From positions 1 to 64,000 of the forward strand of contig CAUYUJ010000076.1 of the NCBI GenBank assembly GCA_963575745.1: a stretch of 64,000 nucleotides of DNA, in the 5' to 3' direction. Made by a program: the position numbers and the translations under genes. Positions within the stretch are counted from its first letter, which is position 1; each line of letters opens with the position of its first letter. Origin of the DNA: Prorocentrum cordatum (lineage: Eukaryota). Of the stretch, positions 49,663 to 60,300 are shown in pieces. The notes under the pieces were generated by a model. The model did not search any database. It worked only from the letters and a program-made list of their open reading frames with translations, and was not told where the DNA came from.

Positions 49663-52600
49663 CACCTCCGCCTGCTCCTCCTCCTCCTCCTCCTCCTCCG
49701 CCTCCGCCTCCTGCTTCTCTTCCTTTTCCTTCGAGGGCCCCGCGTGGCTGCTCTGGCGGCGGGCGGGGGCCGGGCTGCTGGCGGGGCAGTGGGAGTTCCC
49801 CTGCGCCCTTGTGGCGCAGCACCTGGGCGCGCCACCCGAGGATCGGGCTCCGGGCGCGAGGGGGGGGGGGGTACAGAGCTCCTTTCGGCTCCTCCTCTTC
49901 CTCCTCCTCCTCCCCCCTCCTCCTCTTCCTCCTCCCCTCCTCCTCCTCTTCCTCCTCCTCCTCCTCCTCCCTTGCCTCCCCCTCCCTCCTCCTCCTCCTC
50001 CCTCCCTCCTCCTCCTCATCCTCCCCTCTTGCCTCCCCCTCGTCGTCCTGCTCCTTCTTCTCCTCCTCCTCCTCCTCCTCCTCCTCCTCCTCCTCATCCT
50101 CCGCCTCCTCCTCCTCTTCCCCCCACAATTACACAATCTGCATACTACCCTCATCTCTCCCCTGGTGGCGTCTGGGACATGTCCGACCCCCTCCGCGTAC
50201 TAGTTTTTTACATAGAGGATTCCCAGGAGTTGGGTTTTCGCTTGTTTTTTTCAAACTGTTGCTCTCGCTGAAGCGCTGACTTCAGTTTTGGGCTACCGCT
50301 CATTCCGAATCGTGCTCCCGCTGCAGCGCTGGCCTTATTTCCGCGCTTCGCTCGTTCCGAATCGTGCTCCCGCTGCAGCGCTGGCGTCATTATTTCCAGC
50401 GCCATGCCACGGCATGGCTTTCAGTCCTTCCAAATCGGCCCCAAAATCTAGAGAATGCCCTTACGAAAAAACCGCCGGAAGTGATTCCACTTTCCGTGCC
50501 GATTCGTTGATTTTTGGGGCCGCAGAAGCCACCCCCCACTTTGGCCCCCCACTTTGGGATGTCGCCACGCCATGCTATGTCAGGCTACGCGTCTTCATTT
50601 CCGCGTTTCCATTTTTTGTGTTTGTTTTTCTATCAAAATGCTGCTCTCGCTGAAGCGCTGGCCTCATTTTCGGGCTACTGCTCGTTCCGACTCGTACTCC
50701 CGCTGCAGCGCTGGTCTCATTTCCGCGCTTCCGCTCGTCCCGAATCGTGCTCCCGCTGCAGCGCTGGCGTCATTACTTCCAGTGCCATGCCACGGCATGG
50801 ATTTCGGTCCTTCCAAATGGGCCCCAACGTTAGACCATGGCAGAGAAAACCATCTGAAGTGATTCCATATTCGGTGCCGATTCGTTGTTTTTTTGGGCCG
50901 CAGAAGGCCCCCCCCTTCCACTTTGGGACGTCGCCACGTCATGCTATGTCATGCTACGCGTTGATATTCAACACCATGCTATGCCATGTAATGGTATGCC
51001 ATGTTGCGACATCCGATTGTGCGAATCGAGAGGAGATCTATGCCATGGTAAGGGATGGGAGGGAGGGGTATGACGTCAGATATGACGCGAGCGTACCTAG
51101 CTTGTCGTCCTCCCACTGCCTCCCCCTCCCCCTCCCCCTCTTCCTCCTCCGCCTCCTTCTTCTCCTCCTCCCTGTCGCACCCCGAGGCCAGTCGGAAGGG
51201 TGGGCTGGGCGTTTCGCCTGAGACGTCTTTGCAATTTGTGAGCCTCACGCTGAAGAGCTGGCGACAGTTTCACTGGTGGAGGGCCGGCCGCTTCCCAAAT
51301 GTAGCTCTCGCCTTAGCGCCGCGCACATTCGTTCAAACAAATAGCAAAAGTTTCGCATATCGAGGGAGGTTCGTTACAAAATGCGGCTCACGCCTTCGCG
51401 CCGCGCGCATGCGTTTCAAACATTTGCAAGAGTTTCATGGATTGAGGGCGATTCCTTTTCAAACTGTGGCTCTCGTTAGCGCCGAGCACATTCTTTTTGA
51501 ACATTTGCAAGAGTTTCATTGGTTCTCATGATTAACGTACCGGAAATGGTGTTTTGGAGCGATACAGGGTTGTCAGGGCGCAACAGTTACGTTTATTCGC
51601 GGTGTTGAAGTCCCAGGAAATGAGCTCTGTTTGGCGCGATCAGGATTGTCAAGACGTAACAGTCAGGTTGACTCGTGGCGTAGAAGTCATTGGAATGGTG
51701 GTTTGGCACGCTTTCAGGATCTTCAAGCGGTTGTCTCCCAACGGGGCAGTTCCCCTAGTGGAAATGAATCCTTGTAAGGGGCGTGTGTAGAGGGAGCTTG
51801 GAGAGAGGGTATATTCCAACGTCGTTGATGAGTTTTGGGCTTGCGCTGGTCCTCCTCCTCCTCCTCCTCCTTCTCCTCCTCCGCCTCCTCCTCCCTCATC
51901 CCTCCTCCTCCTCCTCCTCCTCTTCCTTCTCCTCCTCCTCCTCCTCCCCCTCCTCCTCCTCCTCCTCCTCCTCCTCCTCCTCCTCCTCCTCGTCCTCCAC
52001 CTCGGGGGGGGGAGCGGCAGGGACCCCTTCCTGAGATCCCGGCGTCGCAGTTTTGGAATGGCGCAGGAAGCTGCTGGTCTGCCAGCACGGGGGGGGGGGC
52101 AGGGAAGGGGCGGGGAGGGGTAGTCCAGGCCTCCTAGATGGGGTCGGAGTAGATGGGGTCGGAGGATCGCCCCGCATCGCCGATGCATCGGCGATACATC
52201 GGCGATGCGTCTCGATGCGGAGCCCGACTTTCTCCACGTCGGCGTCGCCGATACACCGCCGACGTCGGCGATGCATTTGCGATACATCGCCGATGCATCG
52301 CCGATGCATTTGCGATGCGGCGCGATCCTCCGATCCCATCTACTCCGACCCCCATCTAGGAGGCCTCTAGGTAGGGAGCCCAGAAGGCGGTTTCTTCTCT
52401 CGACTCTGGCAAGTTTCCTTTCACGGAGCGGCGGGGGGGAGGGGGGGGGAGTGGCGAGGCCCGACGGGAAATCTGGGCTTCGCGCAAGTCGGGACATACG
52501 TGCACGCCTTTTCGGCCCTGCGATGATGGAAAAGGCTGCGGAGGGTGGGGGGAAACTGCCATGCAAGTAAATTTGCCTAAATTGCCTAACTCTAATGGAA

Positions 52601-55600
52601 ACAACCAGGGGGGGTAGGGAAGGCGGGGGCGGTAACAGTCTCGTTTCGATTCCTCCGGCTCGATTCGCTTCGACTTGGATCGATTGCGATTCCGATTCGG
52701 TTCGACTTCGGACTCCGATTTGGATTTCGTCTTCTCAATGGAGGCCTTGCTAGCCTTCCGATTCCCGCCGATTCGATTTCTCCCGACTTGGCTGCCGATT
52801 TCCGCTGAACCGACTCATCTGGATCGCCGATGGGAACAATCGATCTGATTCTGAGGGCTTTCTGGGGGGTTTGTAAGGGGGGGGGAGGGGGTGGTAGGGA
52901 ATCCAGACTTGCTCGCCAGGCCGTCGGGACAGAAGTCACGAGTGCCCGGCGAGCAAGTCTGGACTGGCGAACGCCTCCCGTCGCGACAAAAGTCACGACT
53001 ACTTTTGGCCGTTTCCGGCCTCCCTGGGGGCCCTCGCAGGCCCCGGGACCGTCCGACAAAAGAGCCAAGAATGAGAAACCGGCCCCGGGGAAGAGATCGG
53101 GACTTCCAGGGGCCGCGTGCTGAACACATCAGGGCATCGTCGGACGGGGCTCGGACGAGGATCAGTCCGCTCCAGAAGGCCGCGGCGCCCGATACATCCT
53201 CCAGAGCCAGCGGATCTCAGAGATTCTCGACGTATCCTCGCCCGATGCTGCCCTCGTCGTGGCTGCGTCTTGGCCACCGCACGGTCTGGGAGAGACGGGG
53301 CCGCCACTGGGCGCACCGCCCGCTGCATGCCCGAGCCCGCTCCTCCTCCTCCTCCTCCTCCTCGCGCCTCCTCCTCCTCCTCCCCCTCGCCCCTCCTCCT
53401 CCTCCTCCTCCTCCTCCTCCTCCTCCTCCTCCTCCTCGCGCCTCCTCCTCCTCCTCCTCCTCCTCCTCCTCCTCCTCCTCCTCCTCCTCCTCCTCCTCCT
53501 CGTCGCGCCCCCCACAGCCCGAGGTGCTGTTTTGACGCTCGGAGGGCACTGCAGCCGCTCCCTGCCCTCTCGCCGCTCCCGCCGCCCCTCTGCCCAGAGG
53601 GGGAACAAAAGGTACCCGTACCTCTACCCTTCGCCGCTCGCCCTTCGCCGCCCCTCCGCTCAGAGGAGGAAAAGGTACCCATACCTCCGCCCCCTCCTCC
53701 TCCTCCTCCTCCTCCTCCTCCTCCTCCTCCTCCTCCTCCTCCTCCTCCTCCTCCTGCTCTCCCCAGATTTCCCACCAGATCTTCTTCCAGATCTTCCCCC
53801 GTTTCCCCCTTTTTGGGCCTCCTGGGGGGACCTCGTCGCCACTGCCGGATTCGCCTCGAAGTCCTGGTCAGAACGCGCCCCGGGAGAGGTCCGGGGGGCA
53901 GCGGTGTCGGTACCTTTTGGTCTCCCTGCCTCTGTCCTGTGTCTCACCAGTGCAGCAGTGCGGTCGGGCCGAGGTACGAGATCGAGGTCGGTTTGGGGAG
54001 GGTGCCCTGATGTTCTTCGTGCTTGTTGGGTGTTCTTTGTGCATTTTGGGGGGAGGGTCGGTGCCCTTGGACGTTCTGTGTGCTTGGGCCAGCGGAGGAT
54101 CTCTCATGTTCTTGAGGAAGGCTCTTCTGTTTTTGGATCGGCTGTACGCGCCGGTCGTTGGAAGCAGGTATCTTGGGGTCCCCAGATCCCAATGTATCTC
54201 AAGCGCCTTCCTACTTTAATGATCGATATGTGCATGCTGTTTTTTGTTATTCTGCGGGCGGGCCCGAACCCAATCTACTCTACCCGCCTTCCTACAGTAT
54301 ATGTCTATGCATGTCTGCATGTCTGTCTGTCTGTCTGTATGTATGCATGTGTATGCATGTATGTATTTATGCATGTATATATGCGTGCATGCATGCATGT
54401 TTGTATGTTTGTATGTTCACATGTTTGTATGTTTGTATGCTTGTATGTAGTTATGCATGTATGTATGCATGCATACATGTATGCATTTATGTATGTATGT
54501 ACGTACGTACGTACGTATGTATGAATGTATGTATGTATGTATGTATGTATGTATGCATGTATATATATATATACGTAGGTATGCATGCATGCATGCATGC
54601 ATGCATGCATGCATGCATGTATGTATGTGTGTATGTATGTATGTAAGTGTGCATGCTTGTATGTATGTATGCATGCATGCATGCACACATGCGTGCTTGT
54701 ATGCAGGTGTGCATGCGTGCATGCATGCACTTATGTATGCATGCATGTATGACTGCATGTATGTATGTATGTATGTATGTATGTATGTATGTATGTATGT
54801 ATGTATGTATGTATGTATGTGTGTATGCATGTATGTGTATACATATATGAATGTATGTATGTATGTATGCATGTATGTATGTATGCATGTATGTCAGTAC
54901 TTATGTGTGTATGCATGTATGCATGCATGCATGCCTGCATGTGCGCATGCATGTATGCATGTATGCATGCATGCATGCATGCATGGATGTATTGATTTAT
55001 GTATGTATGCATGTATGTATGCATGCATGCATGCATGTATGCATGCATGTATGTATGAACGCATGCATGGATGTATGTAGGTATATATGTATGCATGTAT
55101 GCACACACACATATATACATATATATATATATGTATGCACGCATTCATGCATGCATGCATATATGTATGTGTATATCTATACATGTATATATATATACAG
55201 ACACGTGTATATTTATATAGGTATGTATGCATGTATGTATGCATGCATGCCTGTCCTGTTAGTCCTGGTCGCAACTTGGGCCCGAGGCGCCGCCGATACA
55301 AATGGGGGGGGGCGGAATCTGCTCCCGCAGCTAGTCTCGGCCCCGCCGCTCGGCCCTCGGCTCCACTCGCTGGCGATCCCGGGCGCCGGGAAGATCATCC
55401 GGGCGACATCCGCTGACATCGACGGCGCAGTGCAGTCGTGGCATGGTGCCGGCGGTGTCCCGTATCGGACTGGGTGGTTCAGCACGTGTGCCGAAGTCGA
55501 CGCTCGGGTGCTCCCGTCGCAGAGGTCCCGACCCCTTTCCTGGGGCCAGCTTCTCGTCCCACGGATCCATTTGTTGCAGTGGCCCCCGTGGGCCTGACAG

Positions 55601-55878
55601 CGGCCCCTGAGGTCGAAATGGAAGAACAAGCGCCCGGATTGAGCGAAGCATGTCGTCGGCGATCTAGGTGGCTACCTCGTCCTCCTCCTCCTCCTCTTCC
55701 CCTCCTCCCCCTCCTCCTCCTCCTCCTCCTCCTCCTCCTCCTCCTCCTCCTCCTCCTCCTCCTCCTCCTCCTCCTCCTCCTCCTCCTCCTCCTCCCTCCT
55801 CTCCTCCTCCTCCTCCCCCCTGTTCTTTCTCCTCCTCCCCCTTCCCCTCCTCCACCTCCTCCTCCTCCTCCTCCTCCT

Positions 55879-55909
<31 letters not shown>

Positions 55910-57302
55910 TGTTCTTCCTCCTCCTCCCCCCTCCCCCCTCTTCTCCTCCTCCTCCCCTCCTCCTCCTCCTCCTCCTCCTCCTCCTCCTCCTCCTCCTCCT
56001 CCTCCTCCTCCTCCTCCTCCCCCCACGTTTTGCTATTGTCGCAGGCCTCCCAGGTCGGAGTAGATGGGGTCGGAGAGGATCGCGCCGCATCGCCAGTGCA
56101 TCGGCGATGCGGCTCGATGTGGAGCCAGATTTTTTCCACGCCGACGTCGCCACTGCAGCGCCGACGTCGCCGATGCATCGCCGATGCATGGCCTCCAACC
56201 CAGACCCCCGACGTGTTGATTTTTTCACAACGTCGACCCCCAGAGTTCTCGACCCCTTCCACGAGACCGGTTTTTCATCCTCAGTCGTTTTTTGACGGCC
56301 CCGGGGCCAGGTCAGGGCCCCCCCCGGAGGCCGAGTTAGTAGCGAAACCCTCCTCACGTCGTGTTTTTTTCCCAGCGCGAGGGGCCCTGGGACCCCCATC
56401 CACGCTGGCCCCTGTGCGGCTTCCGCTCTCCCCCTCCTCTCGTGCGACCCCCCCCGCGAGGACCCGGGCCCCGAGGCCCGGGGCGCCGCGGCGAGTGCGC
56501 TGCTGCGCGAGCTGGGCGCGGAGGAGGGCCTCTCCGGCCGGGAGTCGCTGCCAGGTGCGGGCAGGAGTCGTTTCCATATGCGTTGCGTCTTGGAGTTCCA
56601 GGCTCTCCTTCTCCAGGAGCCAGAGGCGCAGTGGGTATGGATAAAAACGTCGGGCCCATAGAGGCTAGATTTTCATGCATATTTATATCCACTGCGCCTC
56701 GGCCTTTTGGCACCCCTTCCCAGAAGCTCCAAGACGCAGCGGATATGGATATAAATCTTGCCCGCACCAGGGCCCCTGGAGCACGTCTTCTCGCACGTGC
56801 GGCGCTCGGAGGAGGAAAAGGTACCCATACCGCTACCCATGGCCCCGTTTTCGCCTCCTCGGGCGCCCTCGTCGCCTCTGCCGGATTTTTGCCTCGAGAT
56901 CCTGGCCCGAGCGCAGCCCGGGAGAGGTCCAGGGAGTGGCGGTATCGGTACCTTCCTGCGGGCCTACAGGCACATCATCCCCCGGAGGTTCCCAGGGGGG
57001 TCCTCTTGCCGAAGAAGAACACGCGGCCTGAGCATAAACTTTAAGAGGTTCCCAGGGGGGGTCCTCTTGCGGAAGAAGACCACGCGGCCTAAGCATCAAT
57101 TTTACGAGGGCCGCGCGGTTTTCTTTGATCTGCGCCGGGCCCCCTCTGGCGGCGCCTCCGGCGCCGCCCCTCGGCGCCCAGCGCCGATCCAGGACATCCG
57201 CGCGGACCTAAGTTTGTGTATTTTTTTGTTTGATTGGTGTATATATATATATATATGGTGTGTATATATATTTATATATATATGGTATACATATATATAT
57301 AT

Positions 57303-57382
<80 letters not shown>

Positions 57383-60300
57383 GTTGTCCTGAGGTGCTCC
57401 CCCCAGTTTGTCGCGCCCCAGTTTTTGGGGCCTCTCGGGCCCTCCAGGGCCTCGTGCGGAGCGCTCCGCGAGGCCAGCCGGGTGCAGAGACCGCAGGAAG
57501 CGGCTCGGGGGCTTCTCTCGGAGTCCTCACCCCAGAGAGCCTGAGGCCCGACGGCGCGGCGTGCGTGGCCGCCTCAAGATCAGAGGTGACTCGGCGAGCT
57601 TCGTTGCCCAGCGGAGCGACGGACGGGAACGGGGCGAGACCGGGGCCGCCTTCGCCGACACTGGCGCGCAAGCTGCCCGCGCAGGGACGCGCGCAGGCGC
57701 CTTCGCTTTCCGCACGAGGCGTGCCACGGCGGCGGCCCGCATGAGTTGACGCGTCAGGTCGCTATGCTGAAGTCGGGCATGCCCCTCTACAGGGGGAATC
57801 TTCAAAAATGATAAAAAAAATTATCCCAGTGCGACCCTACCTAGGAGTTGGAGCCCCTAGGAAAGCAGCATTAGTAGTAACAGTAAAGCTAAGCTACAGC
57901 TAAGCTAAAGCTAAGCTAAAGCTGAGCTAAAGCCAAGCTAAATATAAACTAAAGCTAAGCTGAAGCTAAGCTGAAGCTAAGCTAAAACCAAGTCTTAGCA
58001 AACGCTAAGCTAAAGCTAAGGCAAAGCCAAGGTAAAGCTAAGCTAAAGCTAAGCTAAAGCTAAGCTAAAGCTAAGCTAAAGCTAAGCTAAAGCTAAGCTA
58101 AAGCTAAGACACATCTAAGCTAAATATAAGCTAAAGCTAAGCTGAAGCTAAGCTGAAGCTAAGCTACAGCTAAGCGAAAACTAACCTAACGCTAAACTAA
58201 AGCTAAGCTAAAACTAAGCTAAAGCTAAGCTAAAGCTAAGCTGAAGCTAAGCTGAAGCTAAGCTAAAGCTGAGCTAAAGTTCAGCTAAAGCTAAGCTAAA
58301 ACTAAGCTGAAGCTAAACTAAAGCTGAGCTAAAGTTCAGCTAAAACTAAGCTAACACTAATGTACAGCTAAGGTAAAGCAAAGCTGAAGCTAAGCTAAAG
58401 CTAAGCTAAATCTAAGGTAAAGTTAAGCTACAGCTAAACCAAAGCTAAGCTAAAGCTAAGCTAGAACTAAATTAAAGCTAAGCTGAATTTAAGCTGAAGC
58501 TAAAGCGAAGCTAAAGCTAAGCTGAAGCTAAGCTAAAGCTAAGCTAAAGCTAAGCTAAAGCTAAGCTAAAGCTAAGCTAAAGCTAAGCTAAAACTAAAGC
58601 TACAGCTTGAACGCCCAGGGGACTGGGGGAACCGCGGGGCGAGGACTGGGGGAACCGCCGGGGCGGTGTGCACTGCCCGGCCCTTTAAGCTAAGAGAGTA
58701 AGAACCCTTCTAGGCAGAGCCTAGGTAGGGAATAACCAGGGGACGATTTTTTGATTGTCCATTTAAAGGTGTGGGCATTTTTCCCGGAAGGGGCTTAAGC
58801 CCAGGGTTCTCTTTTAGCCGTTTACCCCCGGAATCGACGGGAAGAGGGCCGGCGGCATTATTCTGCGATAAATTACGTGCGGGAAGAGGGCCGGCGGAAT
58901 TATTTTTGAGGATGTCTCGAGCGAAACGCTTGTTTTTCAGAAATTGTTGAGGATGTCTCGAGCGAAACGCTGGTTTTGCAGAGTTGGGGATGTCTCGAGC
59001 GAAACGTTGTTTTCAGAATTTGTTGAGGATGTCTCGAGCGAAAACGCTGGTTTTGCAGAGTCGACCGCGACACGGAAAAGCGCCCCGCGTAGGAATTCCG
59101 AGGATGTCTCGCGCGTGCCGCGTCCCGCGCGCAGGAATTTCGAGGATGTCTCGACTAATTCGTTTGTTTTTCGATGATTTCCTTGGCCAGACAGGTGGGT
59201 ATCTAACATGTTCTGCCCGAGCTGTCACCACGTCGCTTCACGTGTCCAGGGCACCCAGGTGGGTATCTAATATGATGGTCCCGAGCTGGAGCCACGTGTT
59301 TTCACGTGTACAGGCCACCCAGGTGGGTATCTAACATGTTGGTCCCGAGCTGCAACCACGTGCTTCACCTGTCGAGGCCACCCAGGGGGTGTCTAAGATG
59401 GTGGTCCCGAGCTGGAACCACGCGTTTTCACGTGCCCAGGTCGCCCAGAGGGTGTATCTAACATGGTGGCCCCGCGCTGAAACCGCGTGTTTTCATGTGT
59501 CCACGCCACCCAGGGGGGTATCTAACATGGTGGTCCTGAGCTGGAACCACGTGCCCAAGCTACCCATGAGGTATCTAACATGGCGGTCCCGAGCTGGAAC
59601 CACGTGTTTTCACGTGTCCAGGCCACCCAGGGGGTATCTAACATGGTGGTCCCGCGCTGGAACCACGTGTTTTCACGTGTGCAGGCCACCCAGGTGAGTA
59701 TCTACATGGTGGTCCCGAGCTGGAACCGCGTGTTTTCACGTGTCCACACCACCCAGGGGGTATTTAACATGGTGGTCCCGAGCTGGAGCCACGTGTTTTC
59801 ACCTGTCCAGGCCACCCAGGGGGTATCTAACATGGGCCCCCTGGATCCTTCCTGGGACTCGGAAGGGAACGTCGAGAGTTTATTTGTATTTGGTATCGAT
59901 TCGTTTACTTTTTGGCCTCCGGGCGCCTCTGGGCGTTCCTGGGCCCTCCTGTGCTCCAGACGACCGCATCTTAGATATCCCCCCTGGGTGGGCTGGATCA
60001 CGTGTTTTTACGTGTGCAGGCCACCCAGGGGGGTATCTAACATGGTGGTCCCGAGCTGGAACCATATGTTTTTACGTGTCCAGGCCACCCAGGGGGATAT
60101 CTAACATGGTTGTCCCGAGCTTGAATCACGTGTTTTTGCGTATCCAGGCCACCCAGAGGGGGTATCTAACATGATTGTTCTGAGCAATGGCCATGTGTTG
60201 TAACGAGTCCAGGCTATTCAGGGGTGTATATAGCATGGTTTCCCGAGCTGGCACCATGTGTTTTTATGTGTCTAGGCCATCCAGGGGATATCTAACATGG

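Noticed and set aside
51554..51790. 78-aa ORF in a lower-GC unique patch
   Set aside because: Non-ATG start, no recognisable homology and no splice context
53517..53600. Candidate extra MutY exon after a (TCC)n tract
   Set aside because: Exons 14 and 15 already join in phase with the expected spacing; no MutY similarity
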